DNA of 63,483 bases, filler included, from Basidioascus undulatus (GCA_000826855.1; 10 parts of 10 records of this genome joined end to end with filler, not necessarily neighbours in it), one strand, 5' to 3'; positions 22,963 to 36,500 are shown, numbered from the whole stretch's first letter. A program made the numbers and translations. The notes: a model not told the origin generated them from the sequence alone.

Positions 22963-23781
22963 GATGATGGACGCGAGTGGAGCGCGTCGGGTGGACGCGC
23001 GTGTGCGTGCGTGCGTGCGTCGGGGTGGGCAGAGGAGGGTGCGCAATGGGGAGGAAGAGCGCCAGGATGGCGAGTACGACTGAGAGAATGGCGGACGCGG
23101 CTTGGACGCGTGGGTGGAGAAGAGGGAGAAAGTGCAAAGTGGGCGCGACTCGACAAGAAGCAGCAAGGGACCGATGGACGAGCGAGGCGCGGAGAGCTGC
23201 CTGAGTGAACGTCAAACTCAACAGCGTGCCTGCCTCTGCCTCATGCAAACGCAGTTTTCTTTCGTGAGACACTCATAGCATACCCTGTGTATATTTATTT
23301 CAACAATATTCTGACATATCTAGCCATACAAGAATCGCTGATACTACAGAGTAATCATCAGAGCCTGAGTAAACCAAAGCGTGAGGATCAAAGAGTGGCG
23401 TTCAGCCAAACACGTTTCGCGAACTGCGTCAGACAAAGGGCCGGAACTGCAAGAGCCAGCCTAGAGACCTTCATTCCAAACACGCATGGATGTTTCCTTT
23501 TGAAAATACAAGGTTTCGATTGGTATGCAGAGCGGCATCTGTCTGCTTGTGAGTCTCTGCAAAAGAATCAGCGTCGACGCTCGGGCAAGGGCAGGTCGGC
23601 AGTGCATGACGCAAGCGCTGAGTTGCGCTGAGGCAGCGAAACGGCTGCCGATCGTTGCACAGAGCCACGCAGCCTGCTGGCCGCGTCTCTTGTCTTCTAC
23701 CCGGCATCATCTTTCCAGCCCACACGTCCCAGGGCGCCTACAAAGACTTTTATAGACTTACGAGCAGCTTATTCTGGAGGA

Positions 23782-25475
23782 ATGGAGTCTACTGCGGAAG
23801 GCGGTGGGGAGGCAGCCCCGAAAGTGCACGTCCTCCTGTATGTCTTCCTTCCACCGCCTCGAGTCCCCGGGGCGTGCTCAATCTTTCCCCTTGGTGGGCA
23901 GCTGCGTCCATGGCTTGTGGGGAGAAGCCAAGCATCTCAACTACATCGTCAAGTCCGTGCAGGTCTGTCTCGTCCTCCGTGGCGGGGTGCAATGCTCATA
24001 GCCGACCGGGGGTCTGTCCGTCTTCCGGTGGCAGGGTGTGATGCTCACAGATCTCCCGCATCTAGGCCGAACACCCTGACCTTCACGTCCTCAATGCCCG
24101 TGCAAACGAGCATGTCCTCACCTACGACGGGATCGACTTCCTCGCTGGGCGGGTGCTGGAGGAGCTGGAGACCTTCCTCGACGGGCTGCCCTCCCCCGTT
24201 ACGCACTTTTCAGTACGCACCTGCAACGCCGGTCCGCTCCTCCATGTCGTAGACTTATAAACAACGGACACAGGTGCAAGGTTATTCCCTTGGTGGACTC
24301 GTGGCGCGATACCTAATCGGCATCCTCCACGCGCGCAACTTCTTCGCGCGCGTGCAGCCCGTAAATTTCACGACGTTCGCGACGCCGCACCTGGGGGTGC
24401 TCGCTTACAAGACGCGGATGAACGCCGTGCTGCGCTTTCTGGGCAGCCGGTTGCTGAGCCGGAGCGGGGAGCAGCTGTACGGGATCGATGATGTGAGTGG
24501 GTTGGAGGGGCTGAGGCGGGAGATGGAATGTGGGACTGAGGGCGGAGGAGGGTAGTTCGAGGCGGGGAGACCGCTGTTGAACTTTATGACGGAGAAGGGT
24601 GCGTCGCTGCTTCTTATTGCACGTCTCGGTCATGCTCACCCAGTACCATCTTTATGTCGTCTTCCATGCCCGCAGGACGACCCTTCTACTTGGCCCTCGC
24701 GTCCTTCAAGAACATCTCAATATACGCCAATGCGTCCGTACTATCACCTGTCCTTTCCCTCTTTTCGAGCGCTCACCACATGCATGCGTTCACAGCGTGA
24801 ACGATATCACCGTCCCCTACACGACAGGCGCCATCGCGCTCACCGACCCCTTCGCCGAGCAGGAGTCGAACGGGATCCACATGTTCGTGTCCATTCCCTT
24901 TCTCTTTTTCCCCTCCCTCGTCCCCCTCTTCCCATCTAACTACCTCTTTCTCTTGACTCACAGCGTCCTCTCCAAGACTCACCGCCCCCTAATCGACAAC
25001 TGGCACCTCCCCGCAACCCCACCGCCGGCCCCCGAACGCCCACGCTTCCTCTCAGCAGCTTACATACGTTCCCTCCGTCCAACCCGGCCGCTCCTCCCGC
25101 CCTTCCTGCAATTCCGCTTCCCACTCAACATCGTGCGCCCTTCCTCCCTCTCCCACCTCCCCTCTCCCCTTGTTTACCACTCCTCGCTCCCCATTTTCAC
25201 TTTCCGTTCTTCTCGCTGATGTCCGCCACAAAATCACACAGGCGCTCTACCTCCTCCTCCCGCTCCTCATGCCCCTAATGCTGACGCTCGTCCTCATCCG
25301 GTTCACGCTCGACTCGCGCGCCTCGCACACGCGCATCCGGCGGCTTCTCGCGTCCCCGAGAGGCGCGCACCACCTCCTCGAGCTGCTCGAGCGGGAGGTC
25401 GAGCGCGGTCTAGGCGAAGTTGTCAACGAGCCCGGGATCCCCCCCACCTCCTCCTCCTCCTCCCCTCCTCCCCCA
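23782..25475 (+). CDS. DUF676 putative serine esterase/lipase (Rog1/Lpl1-like), 3' truncated
   Basis: VHGLWG, TYDGIDF, GYSLGGLVARY (GxSxG), NFTTFATPHLG, LSRSGEQLY, YANA|VNDITVPY. Confidence 0.9.
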
Positions 25476-25575
25476 NNNNNNNNNNNNNNNNNNNNNNNNN
25501 NNNNNNNNNNNNNNNNNNNTTAATTAATTAANNNNNNNNNNNNNNNNNNNNNNNNNNNNNNNNNNNNNNNNNNNN
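25476..25575. other. Artificial contig spacer
   Basis: N44-TTAATTAATTAA-N44. Confidence 0.99.
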
Positions 25576-25866
25576 TGGAAGAGGAGGGGTTTCTGGGTAG
25601 TGGGGGTCTCATTTCATTGCGGTGAGGGTGAGCGCTCAACCTCGATTGGTTGCCCACCCACTCGATGGACAGAGATTCCACGCTCGGTGCCTCTACATAT
25701 GCGCGCACGGAGGGGCGCAACGTCACCAGGACGACGAGATCTGCAGTGAGTGGGGCACAGAGGACGCTCAGTGAATCTCGACCCGAGGTTGCACACGAAC
25801 CGCCCACTGGAGGGCCCCTCTTTAACTCAGCGCTCACCCTACGGAAGGCATGCCTCCGTTCGATGA

Positions 25867-25873
25867 TATAAAA
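25867..25873 (+). promoter_or_regulatory. TATA box upstream of the Egh16-like pseudogene
   Basis: TATAAAA followed by two GT-AG 5'UTR-like introns before ATG 26187. Confidence 0.5.
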
Positions 25874-26186
25874 GACACGGCCTTTGCCGCCACTCCGCCC
25901 TACATTGACCATCAACGACCTTTACGTATCTTGAGGTCTTCTAGTATCGTCAACACTAAACATCACAAACGCATCGTGTGAGCCATCCTGACCTAACCCC
26001 CCGGGACGCGTGCCGACTTGTTTTTCACCATCTCCTAGCGGTTGAAGCCGGCCTTCTTCCAATTCCTTCGTTTCTTCTCTCACCCCTTTCCCCCCAGCGT
26101 ATACCAGTGAGTGCCCCTCCTAATCAGCCGCTTCCGGCCGGCCATCCCTTTCTTACTCCCGCTGACCCGCACCAGGCCCTCCCAAC

Positions 26187-26856
26187 ATGCTCTCGTTCAA
26201 GACCCTCCTCACCGGCGACCTCCTCGTAACCGCCTTCGCCTCCTAGCCACCCTCCCACGCCCTAATGGCCACCGCCTCCTCCGTCACCGCCTCCGCCGTC
26301 CGTGGAGACGTCACCCGTGCAGGGCGTGCGACGCTCAGGCCAACCCGGCGACGACGGACGCGAGGGGGGTATTTACGCTTTTCGCTAGGACCTTCAATGC
26401 GGGGAGGGATGGCTCGACGTGAGTCCCTTGGAATATAAATTTAGGTTGTGTGATAGACACTGATAGAGCCCCTGCAAGCGCCATCCGGACTGCCACTCTC
26501 GACGCGACGGGCAGATCTTTCGCAGACGGGGCTGTTCTAAGGTCGTACAGGAGTCAACAGCGTCGCTGCTCCGAGCAGGAGCCAGACCGATACTCGTGCG
26601 ACCCTTCCTTTTCACCCCTCCCCCTTATCGCTCCTGGGACTCATGTACTCAAGCGACCGCCGCTGTATAACGACCAACGCAGTCCAGCTTCAGCTCCCGG
26701 CCGGAGCTGCGTGTGCTGAAGGGACCTGCCTCGTCGCGCTCGTGACTATGGGAGGCTTCGGGTGCTTTTTCCTTTTCTTGAATACATTCTGTACGCTACA
26801 GAGACAAGCTGAGCAGGAACTTCTGCTTTGATAGGAACTGCGTTGTCCTGTAACAA
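26187..26856 (+). pseudogene. Small secreted protein pseudogene, Egh16/GAS1 (DUF3129)-like basidiomycete family
   Basis: Signal-peptide-like MLSFKTLLTGDLLVTAFAS* (TAG 26244-26246), then HALM...VRGDVTR, a frameshifted DARGVFTLFARTFNAGRDGS, ATLDATGRSF, and VQLQLPAGAACAEGTCLVALVTMGGFG|NCVVL*Q (TAA 26851-26853). Confidence 0.7.
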
Positions 26857-27669
26857 GGTCCGTTGCTATCTCACTCCCTCAGATCTCCTACTCAACCAGC
26901 CTCCCATCGGGTGACCTCTCCTGAACAACAGATGCTGGAGCTTCAGGCACCACTCCGAGTCCGGGGTCAACCGAGCAGCCAGACGCGAGCGCCAGCACCG
27001 GGGCTTCCGACGGCTCTGCCAGGACAGGCAAGGTCTCGGCGAAGGGTCATAGGCCGAGCTCCAGGAGCCCATCGCATGCAGGGGCTCCACTGAGGGTAGG
27101 AGCTTGAGGAGGGATATGCTTGGTCAGAGGTGTCGGCGCAGGACGTCGAGGAAATCGGGGCGTGCAGTGTAGCGCTGGGCGCTCGTTTAGGTTCGGTGTT
27201 TGCAGCTCCTCAGTCTGTTATGGATTGGCATCAAAATCAGCCAGAGACTGTTGAAACATTGAGTGTCTGGCGTGTTCAGCAAGGTCTGCTTCAGCAACGT
27301 GTGCACGGGACCTCCGTCGGTCGGGGGATAGGCACCGTGGTAACACGTAGCACGCTGTGTGTGGCTTTTGCAGCCACGACATCCAAGTTTTTTCTAACAA
27401 TTTTTCTCCTCTGCGAAAAGGCGATAGTGTATGTCCCGGAAAGCTCCAGAAAAAAAACGTCGTTTGTGGCAAGTACATCACGTCCCGCTCATCCGCGGAC
27501 ATCCCTCCAGCGCCCGCGAAGGGGTAGCGCTCTTCGCGCTCGCCGCCCAGCAGCTCATCACTCTCATCGCGACCGCCACCACTTGCGTGATCTCCTACCC
27601 TTTTTTTTTGTCTCTCCTCTCCAACCACCCGCTGCTCCTGTTTGCTGCTACTGTGTTGGAACAGACGCG

Positions 27670-29098
27670 ATGGCTTCCCATTTGGCTTCGATCTTTGGTG
27701 CGTCTTCCCCTCGCTCTATTCGCGGAGGAGCGATGGGAGAAGGAGCCTGGAGCTGATGCGTTGTGTGCGTGGGGGCAGGTACCGAGCAGGACCGCGTGAA
27801 CTGTTCGTTCTACTACAAGGTTTGTCTCTCCTCCCTACCATCTCACTAGGTCCCTGGGCTGACGCCCGGCGCCGCTCCCCAAGATCGGCGCGTGCAGGCA
27901 CGGCGACCGCTGCTCGCGCAAGCACATCAAGCCCCAGTTCTCGCAGACCATCCTCCTCCCGAACGTGTACCAGAACCCGGCGCATCGCCCAGACTGCACG
28001 ATGGACGCGAAGGAACTCCAGGCGGACTTTGACGCGTTCTTTGAGGACTTTTACTGGTGATTTCGCCTCTTCTCTTCATTTCCAAGCCGCGCATGTGTGT
28101 GGTTGGTGTGATGGCAAGGGTGGAGGGGCAGGGAGGAGAGAGGAGATGAGAAGGCGGCGCGTTTATGCGTGTGGTATGGGACGGCTTCTTTGGGGCAGCT
28201 AGGTCTACACTGCCCCGCCGTGCCGCCTTGGACGAGACGGGCAAAGAAGACGGGGTACGCGACTGGCGTACCAACACTAACGAGCCAGCAGAATATCCCA
28301 CAGCGCTGGATACTGACGGATGGGGGGCGGACGTCTTGCGCGCGCGGAACAGTGAGCTCACGAAGTACGGCAACCTGCTCGAGATGCACGTGTGCGACAA
28401 CGTCGGCGACCACCTCATCGGAAACGTGTACGCGCGGTACGAGTGGGAGGCGGAGGCGCAGAACGCCGTCGACCAGCTCAATGAACGGTGGTATGCCGGT
28501 ACGTCGACTCCTCTCTCCACTTTCCGCATTTCCGCTTTGCCCGGAGAGGAGAGAGAAACTGATGTGGGATGGGGTTGGCCAGGCCGCCCACTCTTCTGCG
28601 AGCTGTCCCCCGTCACCGACTTCCGCGAGGCGTGCTGCAGACAGAACGAGACGGGCGAGTGCAACCGCGGGGGGTTCTGCAACTTTATGCACCTGTGCGT
28701 CTCATTTCCCTTTTCTCTCCCTCCTAGTACCTGGTCTGACAACCCCTTCGCCTCTGTGTTGTCTGTGCTCGCCGTGATCGCTCGCCAGCCGCGACCCCAG
28801 CCCCGGCTTAACGAAAGACCTGATCGTCTCGCAGCGGCTCGAGCGGCGGATCAACCCGACGGGCCCGATGGCGGAGCAGGCGCGGGAGAAGGAGAAGGAG
28901 GAAGCGGCGGAGCGGGAGCGGGAGCGGGAGGAGCGCGCGGCGCGGAGCGCCCGCGGGGGGAGCAGGGAGGACGACCGCCGCTCGAATGGGCACAGGAGCA
29001 GCAGCAGGCGGGATGATAGAGACCGCAGGAGCCGCAGCCCTGATAGCGGGCGCCACCGCAGGCGGGAGAGGAGCAGGGAGACGGAGGAGCGGAGGTAG
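27670..29098 (+). CDS. U2AF1: Splicing factor U2AF small subunit (U2AF35)
   Basis: MASHLASIFG|TEQDRVNCSFYYK|IGACRHGDRCSRKH (ZnF1), UHM domain VCDNVGDHLIGNVY, ZnF2 CCRQNETGECNRGGFCNFMHL, and an RS/RE tail. Confidence 0.97.
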
Positions 29099-29251
29099 AG
29101 GGGAAGGAGGGAAGAAAGAGAAGGAAGGAATGGGGTTGTAGCAGCGTCGTGTCTTGTTTGATATGTGTACTATACCGACCCCGTCTGCCTGCCTGCCACA
29201 CACACAGCCTGCAGCACACGCATCCTCATCCTCTCTCCAAGCAAGAAGCAT

Positions 29252-29723
29252 CTAATTGAACACCGACAGCCCCCTCACAAGCGCGTCCACGGCCCCCCTG
29301 AAAGCCTCACTGTCAATCCCGCGCTCCTTGGAGTCGAGCACGTCGACGAGCGGGTTGCGCACGACGTGCTCGAGGAACGGCCCGCTGTGGATCTGACGCA
29401 GGACGAAGCGGAGCGAGTCGGCCCGCGCGTCGGACAGCATCACAAAGCGGTAGGACGTAGGGGTCTCGTAGAAGTGCAGCTTGTAGGACGAGGTGCGCAG
29501 GGAGAGAAAGGAGTCGTCCCTGCCATTGGGGAGGGGCGGGGGGCGGGGGGAGGCGGTGAGATGAGAGATGGGTGAGTGGGGATGGGGGAGGGAGAGGAAA
29601 CGCACCGCCCAGAGATCTTCTTCACCATGTTCTTCAAGCTGAACACTACTCCATAAACGAGCTTCGCCTCTTCATCGAAGGGCAGTCCCGCCGGCTGAGC
29701 AGCTGCTGGCGGTGCTCCTTCCC
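29252..29723 (-). CDS. BET5: TRAPP complex subunit Bet5/TRAPPC1, 5' truncated
   Basis: DEEAKLVYGVVFSLKNMVKKISG|...RTSSYKLHFYETPTSYRFVMLSD...VVRNPL. Confidence 0.92.
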
Positions 29724-29823
29724 NNNNNNNNNNNNNNNNNNNNNNNNNNNNNNNNNNNNNNNNNNNNTTAATTAATTAANNNNNNNNNNNNNNNNNNNNN
29801 NNNNNNNNNNNNNNNNNNNNNNN
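29724..29823. other. Artificial contig spacer
   Basis: N44-TTAATTAATTAA-N44. Confidence 0.99.
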
Positions 29824-31003
29824 GGGGGGGGGGTGCGGCATTGCATTGGGGGATGTGGAGGTGGTCGAGGGAGCGAAGATGGCAGGGAATGCATGGTCGG
29901 ATACGGGCATGGGTAGGGAGGATGAGGTGGTCGCGGAGATGGAAGAGGAGGCGGGCGGGGAGGGCGATGCTGAGAGGGGGGTGGGTGGCGGTGATGGGAG
30001 GACGAAGAACTCCGGATGGGCGCGCACGAGGCTGAGGTAGTAGTTCTGGAGGAGTTCGCCTTCGCACTGCTCTCCATGCACAAATCAGCTCATATTCCAT
30101 CAACCCCAGAGTCCCACTCAGCTCCGCCATGCGCCCGGGCCCCTAGAGACCGCCGTCAAGCGCGGTCGATGGGGGAGCGCAAACGGACCCACCGTAAGCG
30201 ACCAGTCGATGGCCTTCAGAAACTCGCGCTCGAGCATGTTGATCTCCGCCAGGCCTATTCCGCCGACCTTGGCGTAGTGCGCCGCGGTGCAGAAGACGTC
30301 GCAGAGCGCTTTGGACGCGACGGCGATCGAGCAGATGACGAAGCGGTGGACGGTGAGGGAGGTGATGGTGAGCTGCGGGAGCCGCTCGCTCACGCGGTCG
30401 ATGTAGAGGAGGAGGATGAGGAGGCAGCATTTCTGTCGGATGCCGCGCAGGGGTGAATTGTCGCACAGTAATTATCGGCGGAGAACGAGATGTGAAACGG
30501 AGGAGGGGAGGAAAGAAGACGCACGTCGGTGTTGGTGTAGCGCGCAATGCGCTTGAGATAGTCGATGACTGAGATGGAGGGTGCCGCCCGTGAGTGGAAG
30601 CGGGTCAGGTTGTCCCTGGTAGTCGGTACGGGAAGAGATGATCAGCCTCGCGAACATCGCGGATCGCCAGCACCGAGTCCCTGGAAGGTGATATCCGCCG
30701 TCTTCTCGCTCGTATCCGTCCGCTCCATCTCCCGTCTCAGTTGTAAACAGGAACTCACGTTGTCAGCGGGATCTGGTCGTTGTGCCCTATCAAGCGGTCA
30801 AGCATATGAGCTGCCAAACATCCAGCTGTTCAGCGTCTTTGGTTCCGGACAATCTGATGAAGGGGAAGGAGCCACTCACCGATGAGCTCGATGAGATCGT
30901 CGCGCTCGGCGTCCTGGAAGCGCACGGGCAGCTGGCGGGTGCCGAGCTCGAGCGGGTCCCGCTCTCGCTCCTTGCCCTTTGCTGAGCGCGATCGAGGGGA
31001 CAT
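29824..31003 (-). CDS. PHO80: Pho85 cyclin, Pho80-type, 3' truncated
   Basis: MLDRLIGHNDQIPL, LTRFHSRAAPSISVIDYLKRI, SLTVHRFVICSIAVASKALCD...YAKVGGI...EINMLEREFLKAIDW. Confidence 0.88.
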
Positions 31004-32388
31004 TTGAGCGAGTCGAAAAGAGATGAAGAAGCGCTGATGATCCGCCGTGGTGCAGGGTATGCGGTGCTGCGCGCTAAAAATGTCCCGTCCCTGCGGCTGG
31101 CTCGGTGAGGACAGCGTTTTCGATGAGAGTATGTGATGGTAAGGAGCAAGAGAGCGCAAACGCTACGTTTGCAAAAGCGTTCTCGCTGTGTCCGGTGGCG
31201 AGGCGGTCCAAGGGTGGTCAGGGCTGATGAGTGAAGGCAGGTAGGTGCCTGGGCGGCTCGGCGGCAGCCCATGTGAGGACCTCGTGCGCGACGGCGATTC
31301 TTCATTGGGCGACTCTTGGAAGGAGACTGCAACCGCCGGCAGGTGTGTTGCTTGCCCTGGGCCTCGAATAATGCGCAGTTCTATAGCTCGTTGTAGTCTT
31401 GCAATAGTCACTTGTTCTTTACTGCATGAGACTTACGTCTCCACGCGTGACATATCACTGAGATGTCTCACCTGGTTGAAACGCATCTTCGCAACGGCTC
31501 GCCATGGCCCACGGGTATATGAGTGATCCATCCGACTCGCGGCCAACGGAAGGAAGTGAGTTTTTTTCAGGCAGTCCCCAACATGCAAAGCGAGGACGGT
31601 GTTGGGCAGCTGACAGTCTGGTGACAAGCAATGTCCAACAGCGTGTACTGTTGAGGAAGATGCTTCTCCTGTAGCCAAGTTCCCGATAACGCAATGAATA
31701 TCAGAGACAACGAGGATAGATTGGCCTCGAGAAATCTACATTGTGACAAGTTGCAGCACCAGGATCGGGTCTGGTCCTCACAGGGGAACTTGAAGCTGAG
31801 TTGATCGACTTGATCACCACTTCCAGAGTGCACGCACGCTCAATACACGTCAAGTCAGTGCAAGCCTTTTGAATGTTTCCGAAAGATCGCCCGCCATGAG
31901 CACGTAGTCTGCGTGGGACCGGGACGCAATGGGCCTGCTTTGGCCTGCTCGACTGCTGGACGCAAACGAGTCACGGAGAAACTGCCAATCTACAGAGCAG
32001 CGTATCGTCAAGGCTACCGAGTCGATGTAAGTCAGGGGTGTATGCATTTCAGCGAACACTGCAAGCCGCTCACTTGTGCGGTCAAGGTACGGTAAGCCTC
32101 TGTCCGGGTGAGGACTGTAAAAACGCATATCAGCTTCAGCCCCGCGGAAGTCTTGCCTATGTCTGATCCCAGCATTGCATTGGGGCCACCAGCGGAGCCA
32201 TAATGTCCTCATGCCGGTGGTGTATGCACACATCGTGGCATTGGTTGGCTGAAGATCGCTGGCAGAGGGAACTATCACACACGCAAGTAATGATGAGAGG
32301 TGTGTATCCAAGCCCCATAATTCTATAAGAAAAGTAACCCAAACAACGACGCCCACCACGTCCCCACCCGCCGCTCAAAGTGCCCCAT

Positions 32389-33385
32389 TCACAGCCCCAA
32401 AATCCCGCAAACTCGTCGTCCTCGCTATCGAAGCTCGGCTTGTACTCGAATCCGATCGTGATGCAACTGCTGTCCTTGCCTACGAGGTAGGCGAGAAGGG
32501 CAGTCGCTGCATCGTACTCTGTGGGCTAAATGCGCGGCGGGGTGTGGGGAGGGGGAAGGGTTAGTGCCAGGCGACGGGAGCTGACAGAAGAGAGCAAGGT
32601 CAAAGACCTACCGGCAGTAACGCCAGAAGACGTCCAGATCTTCCCCTCTACGACCAAGCGGGCCTTCTTGACCCAGTTGACGTTCGGGTACGGGTCCTGC
32701 GCTCCCCCGCAAGTGCAGATCAGCACAATGCATGAACAAGAGAAACAGGAGGAACAAAACAAACGTACAGTCAGCTGCTTGAACTAAGCTTTGGTCACCG
32801 TCGCTTCTTGCCGTCCAACAGGCCAGCCACAGCGAGGATCGTTGGTCTGGCACAGATGGAGAGGATGTGTTTGGCGCCAGGCGCTTGCTTCTTCAGGAAC
32901 TCGAAAGCGTAGTCGGGTGCACCATCCAGTCGACCTGCCATCCCAAATTGGTTTCCCGTCAACTTGATCAGTTCCAACAGCCTGAATTTTTCGTGACAGG
33001 AAAGAAGACGCAACCGGTCGGGACGACGACAACGTCGTACTGTTTGCCCTCTGGTCCGAGGGCCCATTCGTAGGTATGCGACGCAGTGAACTTGGGGGTT
33101 GTACCAAGCCTTCCCAGAGGACCAAGGTGGGGATCGAGGAAGTCGATCCGGTCAAAGACATACTTCGGCGGGTGGGGGACGTATTGCTCGAGCCACTTCA
33201 GCATCAACCCGTCAGCCGCAATGCCGCCTAGGATGTCAGCGGGAACTGTGGAAGGTAAAGGAATGCGGGATTAGGAAGAGGAGGTGCGCGAAAAGGTGAA
33301 TGAGGACGTATTGGTAGTCAATGGCGCAGACAGGGTCGTAGAGGCAGATAGCGAGGGAGAGCGGGGTAGGTGTGGTTCCGGACAT
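32389..33385 (-). pseudogene. DJ-1/PfpI (ThiJ) family pseudogene
   Basis: QYDVVVVP, FLKKQAPGAKHILSIC, AGLLDGKK, then a frameshift near 32803 to ATVTKA*FK (TAG 32784-32786), followed by VNWVKKARLVVEGKIWTSSGVTAG and EDDEFAGFWG. Confidence 0.8.
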
Positions 33386-33959
33386 GGCTGAATGGTCTGG
33401 CAACGGGGTTGTAACGGTGGTGCTTTCGGTGTACTGCAAGGCAGAAGGGAGAGTGGATGAGACTGAATGAGCCGACGGAAAAAACAGACGACTCACAGTC
33501 TATGTAGCGTTGTGGACGGTGGCCGAGAACGTTACGAGCATTACGAGAAAGGTGGCCGAGGGCCCACTTCGAGCGTATCGAGACCGGTATATAGTCAATT
33601 GGCTGGTGAATGGTGCGGCATAATAAGGGAGTCGGAGTCGCCATTGAACGGGACGCCTGGCACACCGGACACGCCCGACGAGAGCAATGCAAAGTGGAAT
33701 TACATGCAAAATCGCAGTTCTTGACCCCCAGCTGGGGAGCCGGCGGATCCTCTCCCATCTCACATTCAACCGAGCTGTTCGCTTCCACGCAGGCTGGCAT
33801 GGCCGACAGAATCCGAAAGCATCGAATCAGATCGACAAGCGGCTGCAATTTCATGGGCAGTTCGAGTGATTTTCACCCCATACCTCCAGGAAAATACTCG
33901 GCGGTCTATGTTGTCCTCTGCCAGGAGGGGGAGAGGAGGAGTGTGTGTGTGGGGGGGGG

Positions 33960-34059
33960 NNNNNNNNNNNNNNNNNNNNNNNNNNNNNNNNNNNNNNNNN
34001 NNNTTAATTAATTAANNNNNNNNNNNNNNNNNNNNNNNNNNNNNNNNNNNNNNNNNNNN
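33960..34059. other. Artificial contig spacer
   Basis: N44-TTAATTAATTAA-N44. Confidence 0.99.
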
Positions 34060-35109
<1,050 letters not shown>

Positions 35110-35344
35110 GGCTGCTGCGTTTACTGAGGTATGCGATGGAAGTGTGTGGGTGAGAGTGCGAGGCAGATGGACGTTGCAAGTCGAGGCTGAGATTCGAGGG
35201 AGCGACATCAGCAGCGCTGACGCACGCGCGCGCTCAATCAACCGCGCAGGCTGCTCAACACCGGACTCTCACCATCTCACTCTCCTCGCCGCTTTCTTTA
35301 TTCTTTACATCCACTCAAACACACACAGAGAAACACACACAGCC
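35110..35344. promoter_or_regulatory. Putative bidirectional promoter PRE3/RPN12
   Basis: 235 bp between divergent ATGs on one contig, containing an inverted repeat TCAGC-AGC-GCTGA (~35208-35220) and a CGCGCGCG tract. Confidence 0.65.
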
Positions 35345-36500
35345 ATGTCCTCCCTTCCCGAGCTGCACGCCCAGCTCAAGCGCGCGTCTTCCTCCCCAAA
35401 CGCAACCTCGCCCAAAGAGCTCGCGAGCACGGGCAAGCTCCTCACGCAAGCCAAGGTCCGCCACACACCTTCCCACCCTCCTCGGTCCCATTCCTGAAAG
35501 ACCATATTGGTGGGGACGGACAGATTGGCCTGACCGAGGCAGGGCTGCTCATCCCCATCGGCGTGTCGGACGTGCAGCAGCTTGCGGCCGCTCGTGAGCC
35601 CTCCTTGCTCCCGTATCTTGTGAGGGTAAGGGTACTGAACTGGTGGGCTGGGAAACAGGGGATATCCTCGAGTACGGCGCGCTGCATGCTATCCGGTCAA
35701 AGGACGTCCCCGCCTTTGAGCGCTACATCGGCCTCCTCCAGCCCTTCTGGGTCGACAACGCGTTGGTCCCCCATCCCTTCTCTCCCCCATCCCCCCTCCC
35801 TTCCTCGTCCGACTGACACTCGAGTGGGACGACCCCAAGTGCCCGCCTCCCACCCTCCCCGCACCACACCGCGCTCCTCGCGCTCCTCCTCCTCCTCCAC
35901 CTCTCCCAGAACCGCATCGCGGCGTTCCACGTCCTCCTCGAGACCCTCAGCCCGGAGCTCCTCTCCCACCCGGATATCCAGAGCCCCGTCAAGATGGAGC
36001 GCTGGCTCATGGAGGGCAGCTACTCCAAGGTCTGGGAGGCTCGCGGGGAAGTGGAGAAGGCTGGGCAGTGGCTATGGGAGGCGCTGATGAACACTATTCG
36101 GTGCGTGTTCCTCCATCCCTTCATCTTCCACGTCCCCATCTGCCCTCCTCCTCCTTCTCCTTCATCCTTCCCTCTTCTTCCTCCGCCGTCCCTGCGACCT
36201 AGAGAAACTGACGAACGATGTCCACGAAGCAACGAGATCGCCTCTTGCGAAGAAAAAGCGTACACGACCCTGCCCCTCTCCGACGCGGCGACCCTCCTCT
36301 TCTTCACCTCCCCCGCGGAGCTCTCCACCTTCGCCCAAACCCGCGGCTGGTCCATCTCGCCCACGACGCAGCAGATCGCCTTCCGCCCGCGCGACGCCAC
36401 AGCGGCGGGTGCAGAGGGGGCGGCGAAGCAGCGCATTCCGCGGGAGAACATGATTCGGCACTCGCTGGTGTATGCGAGGGAGCTGGAGAGCATTGTGTGA
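35345..36500 (+). CDS. RPN12: 26S proteasome lid subunit Rpn12
   Basis: RDILEYGA...FERYI, LLHLSQNRIAAFHVLLE, PVKMERWLMEGSYSKVW, TIR|NEIASCEEKAY, YARELESIV*. Confidence 0.95.
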
